Shown: positions 51,901 through 60,480, numbered from the stretch's first letter. The stretch: DNA of 64,000 nt from Saccostrea echinata (GCF_033153115.1 NW_026889778.1:310001-374000), one strand, 5' to 3'. Made by a program: numbers and translations. Notes: generated from the letters alone by a model not told the origin.

Positions 51901-53430
51901 ACATCAACACCACAGACATTTACTGACAGTCTTTCTCTATGTTCAATCATCATTTCAATAACACATTTGTATCTTATCTGCTTTAAAAGTTTATTGAAAA
52001 ATGTTCAGGGAAAAGTTTTTCACTTTTCAATTTAAATGCATGTTTTAAAATACTGATATAAACTTTAATAACCTAATAGATAACAGTTTATAAAAGAATA
52101 AGAAAAAATTTAAATAATATAAATGTAATAATTACAGGCAGGATGCAAGCAAGCATTATGGGTAATGCAACTGAATATGCTGACTACTAGAGTGTTGTAA
52201 CACTACTCCCTCCCCTTTCCCCCTTTAATTCTTAAATATGGTACAGCCAATGTAAAAGCACCTGAGAAAAAATTCACAATGAACATTACAAAGTTTTAAA
52301 ACAAGAGGTCCAAGGGTCTTGAATCGCTCTTCTTATCTAAGCCTCTTAATATCCTTAATATTTAGATAAAACCTTGAAATTCAACAAGAGGCCCATGGGC
52401 CACAGCGCTCACCTGAGTAACTTTGGCCTTGCTGTTTTTCACCCGATTTCTCCCCCCCCCCCCCCCCCCCCCCCGTAGTACTTATTGTGGCCCCTATATA
52501 TTTCAATGTAAAACTTGGATTCCCTATTGTGGCCCCGCCCTACCCCCGGGGGTCATGATCTGAACAATTTAGAATCTACATAACCCCAGCATGCTTCCAA
52601 GTAAGTTTCAGCTTTTCTGGCCCAGTGGTTCTTGAGAAGAAGATTTTAAAAGATTTTTCCTATATATTTCAATGTAAAACTTGGATTCCCTATTAAGGCC
52701 CCGCCCTACCCCCGGGGGTCATGATTTGAACAATTTAGAATCTACACTACCCCAGCATGCTTCCACATAAGTTTCAGCTTTTCTGGCCCAGTGGTTCTTG
52801 AGAAGAATATTTTAAAAGATTTTTCCTATATATTTCAATGTAAAACTTGGATTCCCTATTGTGGCCCCGCCCTACCCCCGGGGGTCATGATTTGAACAAT
52901 TTAGAATCTACACTACCCCAGCATGCTTCCACATAAGTTTCAGCTTTTCAGGTCCAGTGGTTCTTGAGAAGAAGATTTTTAAAGATTTTTCCTATATATT
53001 TCAATGTAAAACTTGGATTTTCTATTGTGGCCCTGCCCTACCCCCGGGGGTCATGATTTGAATAATTTAGAATCTACACTACCCCAGCATGCTTCCACAT
53101 AAGTTTCAGCTTTTCAGGCCCAGTTGTTCTTGAGGAGAAGATTTTTAAAGATTTTTCCTAGATATTTCAATGTAAAACTTGGATTCCCTATTATGGCCCC
53201 GCCCTACCCCTGGGGGTCATGATTTGAACAATTTAGAATCTACACTACCCCAGGATGCTTCCATATAAGTTTCAGCTTTACTGGCCCTGTGGTTCTTGAG
53301 AAGATTTTTTAATGACCCCACCCTATTTTTGTCTTCTCTTGATTATCTCCCCTTGTGAGGGGACTTGGCCCTTCATTTTAACAATTTAAATTCCCCTTCA
53401 CCCAAGGATGCTTTGTACCAAGTTTGGTCA

Positions 53431-53461
<31 letters not shown>

Positions 53462-53541
53462 AAAAATGTGAAAAGTTTACAGACGGACGGACAGACAGAC
53501 AGACAGACGGACAGACGGACGGACGGACGACGGACAAAATG

Positions 53542-53587
<46 letters not shown>

Positions 53588-55898
53588 GCAGGTTAATGTG
53601 ACCTACTTTTTGACTCTGTGAACCAAAATGAATCAACTGACATTTGATGATTCTAAGCTTATTATTTTTAATAAATAGATATAGTCTTGAAATTCCAAAA
53701 GTAGGACACCATGACCTACTGTTTAGTTGAATCACTCTGAGGTATGCACCAACTGACAAAGTTTGATGATTTTAAGCCAATTAGTATCTGAAATATTAAA
53801 ATATATACATGGAATTCCAAAAGTTGGTCACCATGACCTACTTTTTAGCTGACACATTCCGAGGAACCAAGATGTATCAACTGACAAAGTTTGATGATTT
53901 TAAGCCTATTATCATCCAAAATATTTAGATATAGCCATAAAATTCAAGAAGTAGGTCATTGTGACCTACTTTTTGGTTGACACACTCTGAAGACCCAAGA
54001 TGCATCAACTAAAAAAACTTTGATGATTCTAAGCCACTTAATATCCAAATATTTAGATATAGCCATGAAATTCCAAAAGTAGGTCAGGAAGAACTACTTC
54101 TTGATTGTCACACTTCAAGAACACAAGATGCATCAACTGACAAAGTTCGGTGACTCCAAGTCTCTTTTAATCCAAAATATTTAGATATGGTCAGGGTGAC
54201 CTACTTTTTAGTTAATATACTTCGAGGACCCAAAATGCATCAACTGACAAAGTTTGATAATTCTAGGCCTCTAACTATTTGAAATATTCAGATACAACCT
54301 TCAAATTCCAAAAGTAGGTCATGGTGACCTACTTATTAGTTGACACACTCCAAGGACTCAACATGCATCAACTGACAAAGTTTGATGATTCTAGGCCAAT
54401 TAGTATCTGAAATACTTTAATATACCAATAAAATTCCCAAAGTAGGTCATAGTGACCTACTTTTTGATTGACACACTCGGAGGACTCAAGATGATTCAAC
54501 TGACAAAGTTTGATTCCTAGGCTTCATAGTGTCAAAAATATGCCTCTTGAACAATTTGAAAATGAATATGTGTGAAAAGCAAAAAGTAGGTTATTATGAC
54601 CTACTTTCTGACAAATATGTTTCAAGGCTGCAAGTTGCATCAACTTACAAAATTTGATGATTCTAAACCTCTCAGTATCTGAAATAATGGCCTTAAATAT
54701 TTTGAAAATGATTAGTCATAAAATTCAAAAAGTAGGTCATAGTGACCTACTTTTTGGTTGAAACACTTCAAAGGTTCATGATGAATTTACAGTGGGACTT
54801 ATGAGGTTTTATACATCATACATGTATATCATATACTGATCTAAACAAATGGCACACTTTTTTGTTAAGACCAAAAGTCTTTTGTTTCTTTTAAGTTTCT
54901 TTTGAAAAAAATAGTCTTATTTAATAAACTTGTCTGTTTCTTAATTATACTGAATACAAAACAAACCTGTACTGTTACAGCAGTTTACAGAAGAAAAAAA
55001 AGAAAGAAATTGACCATATTAAGTGCATTTATCCTAGAACTTTTTTCCCACGTTATTTAATTTCTACAATTTATTCTGTCATAAATAAATCTCAAGATAA
55101 TTGTTTATCTCATCACTGAGAAAATTGTTTAAATTTGGGAATTAAGTCTGAACATGCCATCAGCAATTGTTTTAAACTGGTACAAATTCAAATCCATTCC
55201 ATGAAAATACAAAACACACCAAGCACATTGACTAACTCTGTGTCACTCTGATGTGATGAAATGTACAACACAATTTAATACAACATCTATAATCAAGTCC
55301 TATATTAAATGTAAAAGGGTTACAACATCCATAGTCAACCAATATCATTCCTACATCAAAACAGCAACACATCAAAGATGCATGATATTAGTCATTACAT
55401 GCCAGCAATAAAAGGTACAAGGTCTACATCTCCACACCGGACATTACTACTTCATATGATAGAAATGTCCCTTTGTAGCAACATTTCATACAACACACAA
55501 ACTCATAACTCTGTCACAAAAGGGGGGCATAATGAGGAATCTATTTCCTCAAACTGTCTGCAAAGAATACACACAAGCACAGCAGAAATAATAATGTATT
55601 AGGTTTATTACAACAACAAATCTGGGTACACATATAGAATCCACTGTCCTCAAGTTCTCAGTCATTCCAACAAGAAATCATCACAGTCCTCCCAGACATA
55701 TCTGGTTTAGGACCTTTACAATACATTTACAATACATTATTGGTCTTTTTTAAAACTATAATTTCTTGGTGGGAATGCTAAATCTTGTCAGGAACAGTAA
55801 CTCTGTCAGTCTTACCTTGTCAGGAACAGTAACTCTGCCAGTCTTACCTTGTTTCCTTCGAGTCGATCCAGTTCTCTCTTTCTGTCCATCATCACCTT
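8374..55898 (-). CDS. PBRM1: Polybromo-1 (BAF180, PBAF subunit), multi-exon, 5'-truncated by the window
   Basis: Spliced translation gives tandem bromodomains (LPSKRDYPDYYQVITNPIDL, EYPDYYEVIKRPIDM, DEEGRCYSDSFAEL), two BAH domains (FRVGDFVYIEPR...WFYRPNETFHLASRKFLEKEVFKSD), an HMG box (SGYIVYS...FGEISRIVG.KWRNL) and the PBRM1 tail (PPRTQRLLHSEAYLRYIEGL...ALWALRDLML). Splice sites are GT-AG and phases match. Confidence 0.97.
8460..8567. mobile_element. Short MITE (PIF/Harbinger-like)
   Basis: TIR aggcctgttcaa / ttgaacaggcct, flanked by ctg direct repeats. Confidence 0.6.
9005..10360. repeat. 38-bp tandem array containing the donor of the last PBRM1 intron, more than 20 copies
   Basis: aaatgacttacacaatgtgtttttatgacttgttatat; the minus strand reads CATTGT|GTAAGT. 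Confidence 0.93.
9516..9974. mobile_element. Tc1/mariner-pogo type MITE inserted in the 38-bp array
   Basis: 25-bp TIR ccgtttatactcgcctataagtcgg (3 mismatches), TA duplication inside a repeat unit. Confidence 0.85.
10352..10578 (-). CDS. PBRM1: PBRM1 penultimate exon (YIEGLRADK...ALWALRDLMLKDTLNISRTLPFDAL)
   Basis: Conserved C-terminal motif; ends TTG T|gtaagt. Confidence 0.93.
10807..10921 (-). CDS. PBRM1: PBRM1 exon (QQMAPPPPPPPPPRPPSPMFVSVPPRTQRLLHSEAYLR)
   Basis: Conserved RLLHSEAYL motif; phase 1-2. Confidence 0.95.
12530..12922 (-). CDS. PBRM1: PBRM1 Pro/Gly/Met-rich exon; donor position uncertain
   Basis: GC-rich ORF MHSGAPRLPHHAGMSPGRPY...; phase-1 donor GCAG|gtagtg chosen to fit the next exon, other donors are possible. 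Confidence 0.7.
13314..13340 (-). CDS. PBRM1: PBRM1 microexon (NQGQYQAQG)
   Basis: tttttag|...CAAG|gtaata, 27 nt, phase 1-1. Confidence 0.7.
13475..14262. repeat. ~33-35-bp tandem array
   Basis: ttttactgggtgtgttattgtatttgtttacat, more than 20 copies with variable T-runs. Confidence 0.9.
14790..15200. repeat. ~55-bp tandem array derived from PBRM1 exon sequence
   Basis: ggtcagttagatgggttaaggggacccctta resembles exon 15504-15533 ggtcgattagatggggctggggacccctta. Confidence 0.75.
15262..15592. repeat. 111-bp triplication of exon end plus donor
   Basis: Two diverged intronic copies plus the true exon. Confidence 0.9.
15490..15685 (-). CDS. PBRM1: PBRM1 exon, HMG-box second half
   Basis: WRNLDKSEKEKYEERAKRIAEEQLAKQQ...RPGTPG|gtaagt, phase 0-1. 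Confidence 0.93.
16775..16897 (-). CDS. PBRM1: PBRM1 HMG-box exon variant B (paralog of A, probably mutually exclusive)
   Basis: ttgtag|KNRKWRPPSGYILFSKESRRIINAESPDISFGEISRLVGVQ|gtaact, 123 nt, phase 0-0, no stops. Confidence 0.85.
17256..17381 (-). CDS. PBRM1: PBRM1 HMG-box exon variant A
   Basis: GKNSMKRQISGYIVYSGEIRKIIQQENPECTFGEISRIVGGK, 126 nt, phase 0-0. Confidence 0.92.
17630..17644 (-). CDS. PBRM1: Candidate 15-nt microexon (VSRSR)
   Basis: Strong acceptor tgttttgttttcag, donor AGG|gtaaag, phase 0-0. Confidence 0.45.
18472..18617. mobile_element. Foldback / palindromic non-autonomous element end
   Basis: catttattgactg...aaccaaactgtttgcct..aggcaaacagtttggtt...cagtcaataaatg long imperfect inverted repeat. 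Confidence 0.65.
19333..19359 (-). CDS. PBRM1: PBRM1 microexon (EEPTEKKKK)
   Basis: ttttag|...AAG|gtagaa, 27 nt, phase 0-0. Confidence 0.7.
20330..20377 (-). CDS. PBRM1: PBRM1 small exon (TFEDFSTPVPEKTSKK), possibly cassette
   Basis: ttttag|...AAG|gtatat, 48 nt, phase 0-0. Confidence 0.65.
20690..20998. repeat. ~35-bp donor-containing array, about 8 intronic copies
   Basis: Minus strand AAGTCCACCAAAAAG|GTGAGTTAAAAATCAGT. Confidence 0.92.
20978..21142 (-). CDS. PBRM1: PBRM1 exon (EPSPLLMKAADD...PSTKSTKK)
   Basis: ttacag|...AAG|gtgagt, 165 nt; EPSPLL continues the conserved PQKEPSPLL motif. Confidence 0.92.
21382..21655 (-). mobile_element. SINE (tRNA-derived head, simple-repeat tail); related copy at 43738-44035
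   Basis: Minus strand begins gtggcacagtggttagag (A-box-like) and has gggttcaaatcc (B-box-like); tail aaacaaa. Confidence 0.7.
21660..22235. repeat. 42-bp tandem array, about 13 copies (plus copies at 21290-21380)
   Basis: ttgacccagaataaggacaacactgtaaacaaatcacaacca. Confidence 0.92.
25445..25672. repeat. 37-bp tandem array, 6 copies
   Basis: gtattgttatacccatctctatgtcattataagggaa. Confidence 0.92.
26040..27655 (+). pseudogene. pogo/Tigger (TIGD-like) DDE transposase, frameshifted
   Basis: NADKTGNFY, GGK..ERLT, NMNGTEKLPLLVIGK, YRANKKAWM, FLPPNTTSILQPTDQGII motifs lie in different frames. Confidence 0.88.
27959..29706. mobile_element. hAT-like non-autonomous element nested in the pogo element
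   Basis: TIR cagtgttccagctagg / cctagctggaacacag. Confidence 0.7.
28748..29320. mobile_element. MITE with 8-10-bp TSD (Merlin/MuDR-like)
   Basis: TIR with repeated agagtacgctag; direct repeat gctataatac on both sides. Confidence 0.8.
30811..30882 (-). CDS. PBRM1: PBRM1 exon (KYNLSGLVTDDEIFFYKKPITPQK)
   Basis: 72 nt, phase 0-0; post-BAH2 DDEI.F..KP motif. Confidence 0.92.
31016..31903. mobile_element. MITE
   Basis: 16-bp TIR cagtgatttttctaca / tgtagaaaaatcactg; aacac on both flanks. Confidence 0.75.
32227..32324 (-). CDS. PBRM1: PBRM1 exon, BAH2 end
   Basis: RVTEIPEEDTYLCESKVQEADRTVKRLGKGLK|gtgaga, phase 1-0. Confidence 0.93.
32516..32816. repeat. 79-bp donor-containing array, 3 intronic copies
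   Basis: Copies start at 32516, 32595 and 32674; the true junction copy starts at 32753. Confidence 0.95.
32759..32931 (-). CDS. PBRM1: PBRM1 exon, BAH2
   Basis: NDAYFTGTAFVRPADIPHSPTRLFYRHELFLSS...GRCCVLHLKEYCI, phase 2-1. Confidence 0.95.
33442..33514 (-). CDS. PBRM1: PBRM1 exon, BAH2
   Basis: GDSVFLKNNTDTPDISRIEKIFVI, phase 1-2. Confidence 0.9.
33560..34499. mobile_element. HINE-like element (ccagaacccctgacc family) with a nested ~190-bp MITE at ~33732-33920
   Basis: gtcacctgagt start, ctcaggtgacctaaaaa end. Confidence 0.75.
35347..35431 (-). CDS. PBRM1: PBRM1 exon, BAH2 start
   Basis: DIPLENPNPDDGYNYYEQLCTPYGTFKIG, phase 0-1. Confidence 0.93.
35697..36168. repeat. Donor-containing array, 48 bp plus n x 18 bp, 7 intronic copies
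   Basis: Minus strand GGATAAAGAGAGAATT|GTAGGTGTTAGATAATATATCACC. Confidence 0.92.
36145..36291 (-). CDS. PBRM1: PBRM1 exon, inter-BAH linker
   Basis: VWQIPGGDQVSLSPREIPLVPVRVSSVFA...ILDKERI|gtaggt, 147 nt. Confidence 0.92.
36645..36719 (-). CDS. PBRM1: PBRM1 exon, BAH1 end
   Basis: GFEDKDVFVCESRYSNRHKSFKKIK, 75 nt. Confidence 0.95.
36937..37038 (-). CDS. PBRM1: PBRM1 exon, BAH1
   Basis: EVFKSDFYTSIPLSQVIGKCYVMYVKDYFKSRPE|gtatgt, 102 nt. Confidence 0.95.
37265..37403 (-). CDS. PBRM1: PBRM1 exon, BAH1
   Basis: EKGLEPHIMCIEKLY...GNWFYRPNETFHLASRKFLEK|gtcagt, phase 2-0. Confidence 0.95.
37357..38152. repeat. 77/81-bp acceptor-containing array, 9 intronic copies
   Basis: Minus strand TATTTTCTGACACAG|AGAGAAGGG.TTAGAACCACACATTATG. 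Confidence 0.95.
38263..39967. mobile_element. HINE-like element with ~178-bp core repeats
   Basis: ggcccaagggccttaacggtcacctgagt start; gacg microsatellite; ggtcacctgagtgactcaggtgacctaaaaa end. Confidence 0.85.
40414..40493 (-). CDS. PBRM1: PBRM1 exon, BAH1 start
   Basis: SERDGEDCFKYKDETFRVGDFVYIEPR, phase 0-2. Confidence 0.93.
40577..41060. mobile_element. Truncated pearl/HINE element with Cg170-like units
   Basis: aacaagaggcccatgggccactttgctcacctgag start plus diverged units. Confidence 0.7.
41186..41410 (-). CDS. PBRM1: PBRM1 exon, BD6 end plus linker
   Basis: LYEDAVEMQMFFIKQRDEICRNGERLLTPALSY...ILDSGC|gtgagt, 225 nt. Confidence 0.93.
41744..41830 (-). CDS. PBRM1: PBRM1 exon, bromodomain 6 (GRYIRMDRFQEDMFKVFERARRLSRTDSQ)
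   Basis: ttttag|...CAG|gtgagt, 87 nt. Confidence 0.95.
41820..42313. repeat. 55-bp acceptor-containing array, 8 intronic copies
   Basis: Minus strand CTCTGTGTTTTAG|GGTCGATACAT. Confidence 0.95.
42386..42428 (-). CDS. PBRM1: PBRM1 exon, bromodomain 6 (KPLTFDQIKRNVEK)
   Basis: ttgtag|...|gtaagc, 43 nt, phase 2-0. Confidence 0.92.
42572..43682. mobile_element. HINE-like element
   Basis: aactagaactgtcc...gggacaaatacccccg start; acag/acgg microsatellite; tatacccccc..ggggggtata hairpin end. Confidence 0.7.
44514..44602 (-). CDS. PBRM1: PBRM1 exon, bromodomain 6
   Basis: DEEGRCYSDSFAELPERDPDEDLETSKLK, phase 0-2. Confidence 0.95.
44985..45122 (-). CDS. PBRM1: PBRM1 exon, BD5 end / BD6 start
   Basis: DALTLQRLVLEKKMEL...VPDVRALVMEMMTNLFISTYNHQ|gtaaat, 138 nt. 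Confidence 0.95.
45719..45886 (-). CDS. PBRM1: PBRM1 exon, bromodomain 5
   Basis: EYPDYYEVIKRPIDMQKI...MFDNACKYNEPDSLIYK, 168 nt. Confidence 0.96.
45975..46104 (-). CDS. PBRM1: PBRM1 exon, start of bromodomain 5
   Basis: RLQEMYDAVSNYQDAKGRDLALPFLKLPLKT|gtaagt, phase 2-0. Confidence 0.93.
46694..46723 (-). CDS. PBRM1: Candidate 30-nt cassette microexon (IGKKAEKPRG)
   Basis: tttatag|...AGAGG|gtaata; phase 2-2 fits the flanking exons, open frame. Confidence 0.45.
48058..48236 (-). CDS. PBRM1: PBRM1 exon, bromodomain 4 B/C helices
   Basis: ctgtag|YPSEQHIITDFERLFNNARLYNEEESLVYQDAEQLEKVL...; phase-2 donor, alternative GTAAGT donor 6 nt further (48052). Confidence 0.93.
48290..49011. repeat. 48-bp donor-containing array, about 14 intronic copies
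   Basis: Minus strand GACCTGTCAATGATAGAGGCCAAACTCAGGGCAGACAAG|GTAATTATT. Confidence 0.96.
48973..49104 (-). CDS. PBRM1: PBRM1 exon, bromodomain 4 ZA loop
   Basis: ttgtag|DPDGRPLRYIFMQLPSKRDYPDYYQVITNPIDLSMIEAKLRADK|gtaatt, 132 nt. Confidence 0.95.
49244..49414 (-). CDS. PBRM1: PBRM1 exon, linker plus start of bromodomain 4
   Basis: ttccag|KISREFF...RRLWTLYRSVFDAT|gtaagt, 171 nt; CAGAAG tandem acceptor. Confidence 0.9.
50067..50602. mobile_element. Tc1/mariner-type MITE
   Basis: Perfect 22-bp TIR ccgtaaatctggaaatttttac, TA on both flanks. Confidence 0.88.
51833..51883 (-). CDS. PBRM1: PBRM1 linker exon (DLSLDDISSSQFDLPVM)
   Basis: taccag|...ATG|gtaagt, 51 nt, phase 0-0. Confidence 0.7.
52300..54785. 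mobile_element. HINE-like element with ~120-bp hairpin repeats (host)
   Basis: acaagaggtccaagggtcttgaatcgctcttct start; same units as 4873-7602. Confidence 0.8.
52383..53587. mobile_element. Young pearl/HINE element with about 5 Cg170-like 166-bp units (nested)
   Basis: gctcacctgag / ctcaggtgagc subterminal inverted repeat, 166-bp period, acgg/acag microsatellite. Confidence 0.9.
55848..55898 (-). CDS. PBRM1: PBRM1 exon, end of bromodomain 3 (KVMMDRKRELDRLEGNK)
   Basis: ctacag|...AAG|gtaaga, 51 nt, phase 0-0; resembles the post-bromodomain helix. Confidence 0.8.
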
Positions 55899-56010
55899 CT
55901 GTAGAATCACAGCATGCTAAAAATAGAAACATGATAATACTTCTTTAGTATCATAGCATGCTAAAAATAGAAACATAATATTCTGTAGAATCACAGCATG
56001 CTAAAAATAA

Positions 56011-59000
56011 AAACAAGAGGCCCAAGGGCCTAGAATCGCTCTTCTGATAAACTGTACAACCTATCACTTCTATTTGAAGCCTCTAAGTATCCTGTATATT
56101 TAGATAAACTCTTGAAATTCCAATTCACATTCTGAGAACCCAAGATGATTCTAAGCCATCTAGTACCCGAGAGCTGGTCAGGTGACCTACTTATCACTTG
56201 TCATTCTCTTAGGACCCATCAACTAAGTATGATGATTCTAAGCCAAATATTACCTAAATATTAAAATTATAACCATAAAATTTTATAAGTAGGTCAAAGT
56301 GACCTACTTTTCAGTTGTTGTACTCCAAGGACCCAAGATGCATCAACTAACAAAGTTTGATGATTCTAAGCCAATTAGTACCCAAAATATTTAATTGAAG
56401 CCATAAATTTTCAAAAGTAGGTCACGGTGACCTACTTTTCAGTTGTTGTACTCCAAGGACCCAAGATGCATCAACTGACAAGATTTGATGATTCTAAGCC
56501 AATTAGTACCCAAAATATTTAATTAAAGCCATAAATTTTCAAAAGTAGGTCAAGGTGACCTACTTTTCAGTCAACCTACTCCAAGGACCCAAGATGCATT
56601 AACTGACAAATTTTGATGATTCTAAGCCAAATGGTTCCTGAAAATATTAAATACAGCCATAAAATTTCAAAAGTAGGTCACCTCAAGAATTATACCTACT
56701 TTTCAGTTGTCGTACTCCAAGGACCCAAGATGCATCAACTGACAAAGTTTGATGATTCTAAGCCAATACGTACTTGAAATATTTAATTAAAGCGATAAAT
56801 TTTCAAAAGTAGGTCACGGTGACCTACTTTTCAGTCGACCTACTCCGAAGACCCAAGATGCATCAACTGACAAAGTTTGATGATTCTAAGCCAATTAGTA
56901 CTTGAAATATTTTATTAAAGCCGTAAATTTTCAAAAGTAGGTCACGGTGACCTACTTTTCAGTCGACCTACTCCGAAGACCCACGATGCATCAACTGACA
57001 AAGTTTGATGATTCTAAGGAAATTAGTACCTGAAATATTTAATTAAAGCGATAAATTTTCAAAAGTAGGTCACGGTGACCTACTTTTCAGTCGACCTACT
57101 CCAAAGACCCAAGATGCATCAACTGACAAAGTTTGATGATTCTAAGCCAATTAGTACCTGAAATATTCAATTAAAGCCATAAATTTTTTTAAAGTAGGTC
57201 ATGGTGACCTACTTTTCAGTTGACGTTTTTCGAGGACCCAAGATGCATCAACTTACAAAGTTCTATTATCATAGACTTTAAAATGTCCAAATTATGCCTC
57301 TAAAACGCTTTGAAATCGAATGCCTGTAAAGGTCAAAAAGTAGGTCACTGTGACCTACTTTTTAATAAATATGTTTTATGGCCCCAAGATGCATCATCTT
57401 ACAAGATTTAATGATTCTAAACCTCTCGGTATTCGAATTAATGACCTTAATTGTTTTGAAAAAGATTAGCCATAAAATTCAGAAAGTAGGTCAAGGTGAC
57501 CTACTTTTTAGTTGACGTACTTTGAGGACCCAAGATGCATCAACTGACAAAGTTTGATGATCATAGGCCTTAAATTGTTCAAAATATGCCTCTAAATCAT
57601 TTTGAAAAAGAATGGCCTCAAAATTTAAAAAGTAGGTCACCGTGACCTACTTTTGAGTCAACATGATATGAGGTCCTTAGATGCATCAACTGACAAGATT
57701 TGATGATCCTAGTCCTTATAGTAAGCAAAATATCAACATTTTAATAAAATGTAATTTTTGGTCAACTTTGAAGTGACCTTGAGACCATGCCCTTTGCCCC
57801 AGGGTATATCCCCATGCAAATTTTAATCTAGAACATATCCTCATCCTTTTGTGTAAGTTTGGTGATAATCTGCCCAGTGGTTCTTGAGAAGAAGATTTTT
57901 TAGCAACCAGTACTTTTGTTTCTATTTTCCTAATTATCTCTCCTTGTTTAAGGGTCAAAACCCTAGTTTTAGTAAACAAGAGGCCCAAGGGCCTTAACGG
58001 TCCCGTGAGTATGATACAACAATTTAAAGGATGCAGAGAGTATAAAATGAACTGAAAGGTGAAGCTTTGTTGCCCAAAAGCAAGAAAAATAGAGTGATCA
58101 TGATCAACAAAATAATTGGTCTTAATATTCATTAACAGTTCATAAATTAGGTTCTAATCTGTTCCCCATTTATCACTATCACCATACAGTATATTAACAA
58201 ATTATCAATGCTTCTGTACTATTTTAATTCTTTGTTGAAATCTCTTACATTGGCCTCTCTTGGTCTTTGATGAACATTTAATAAGATAAGTTATTTTTGT
58301 CTCATTTTTATTTATCTACTACTTACAAGTCTAGTATCTGATCATTAAAACTATGAAAGTACTTTTTGTATTATACAATAAAAGTTTTTGCATAATTCTC
58401 TTATTCTATTTACCTTTCAAGTACATTATTTACAGTGATAAATTATCAAAAGTAAATGGCAAAGGGGAATAACTCCTCTCAGTAGAATACAAACTAATAG
58501 AGCCCTGGCCAGGACCAGAACACTTGACCAAATGGTCCAGATGTTCAAAAATCTGGTAAAAATTCCCTTCCTTATAAAAACTTTTACTCTGTTTGCCTCA
58601 GATATGCCCAGGTGCGGAAAAGATTTTTAAATAAACAATGCATTTTTACTACAGATTCACTATATTATCAATAGAGCCCCCCCCCCCCCCCCCCCCGAAA
58701 CACCAGAGCTTCTGACCCTGGGACCATACGTTTGCTCATCATAACTAATCACTTTGTTTATCTGCTTAACACTAAGGAGCAAAACAGGATTATTTAATAG
58801 AATTAATGCATTTTCACTAAATTATCAAGAGCCCCACCCTCACACCAGCACATCTGACCCAGGGGTCATGAAATTCACTACTCTGGAAGAAGCACGCTTG
58901 CTTATCATAACTATACACTTAGCCTCTTTGCTTTTTTAACCAGAAGAAGAAAAGAATATTTTCAAAGAAATTTTGCTTTTTCACTTTATAATCAATAGAA

Positions 59001-60048
59001 GCCCCCCCCCCCCCAACCCTTAAACCTGGGGTCATAAAATTCACAATTTTGGAAGAGGCACTCTTGTTCATCATAACTATGTACTTAGTTAGCCCCGCCC
59101 TAGCACCAGAACTCCTGTCCCCGGGGCCATGAATTTCACAATTTTGGAAGAGGCATCCTTGCTTATCATAACAATGTACTTAGTTTGTTTAAATAATACC
59201 CAGGTGCAGAGAAAAAGATTTTTAAAGAATTAAAACATTTTCATTTTATAATCAATAGAGCCCCACCCTAACACCAGAACCCCTGATCCAGGGGCCACGA
59301 ATTTCACAATTTTGAAAGATGCATCCTTGATTATCATAACTATGTATTTCATGTGTTTCAATAATACCCAGGAGTAGAGAAAAAGATTTTCAAAGAATTA
59401 ATGCATTTTCATTATATAATCAATAGAGCCCCACCCTAGCACCAGAACCCCTGATCCAGGGGCCAAGAAATTCACAATTTTGAAAGAGGCACTCTTGCTC
59501 ATCATAACTATATACTTAGTTACTGAATTTAATACCCAGGAGCAGAGAAGAAGATTTTCAAAGAATTAATGCATTTTCACTATATAATCAATAGAGTCCC
59601 ATCCTAACACTAGAACTCCTGACCCTGGGGCCATGAAATTCACAATTTTGGAAGAGGCACTCTTGCTCATCCTTACTATGTACTTAGTAAGTTTATTAAA
59701 TACCCAGGAGCAGAGAAGAAGATTTTCAATGAATAAATGCATTTTCACTATATAATCAATAGAGCCCCGCCCTAACACCAGAACCCCTGACCCTGGGGCC
59801 ATGAATTTCACAATTTTTGGAAGAGGCACTCTTACTCATCATAACTATATACTAAGTTAGTTTATTTAATACCCAGGAGCAGAGAAGAAGATTTTCAAAG
59901 AATTAATGCATTTTCACTATATAATCAATAGAGCCCCGCCCGAACACCAGAACCCCTGCCCCTGGGGCTATGAATTTCACAACTTTGGAAGAGTCACTCT
60001 TACTCATCATAACTATATACTTAGTTAGTTCATTTAGTACCCAGGAGC

Positions 60049-60082
<34 letters not shown>

Positions 60083-60440
60083 CACTATATGATCTATATA
60101 GCCCCGCCCTAGCACCAGAACCCCTGACCCTGGGGTCATGAATTTCACAAATTTGGTAGAGGACTCAATGCTTATTACAATGATGCCAACAGTTTGACTG
60201 CTTGATGTCCAGGAGTAAAGAAGAAGATTTTTAAAGATTGCATTAATTTTGGTGGTTTTAGCCCCACCCCTCAGGCCCCAGGGGGGCAGGGACCATGAAA
60301 TTCACAATTTTTGTTCCCCTTCACCCATAGATGCTATATGCCAAATTTAGTTGAAATTGGTTGAGCGGTTTCAGAGAAGAAGCTAAAAATGTTCAAATGT
60401 TAACGCACATCGCACGACGCACGCCGACAGACAAAAACGG

Positions 60441-60480
<40 letters not shown>

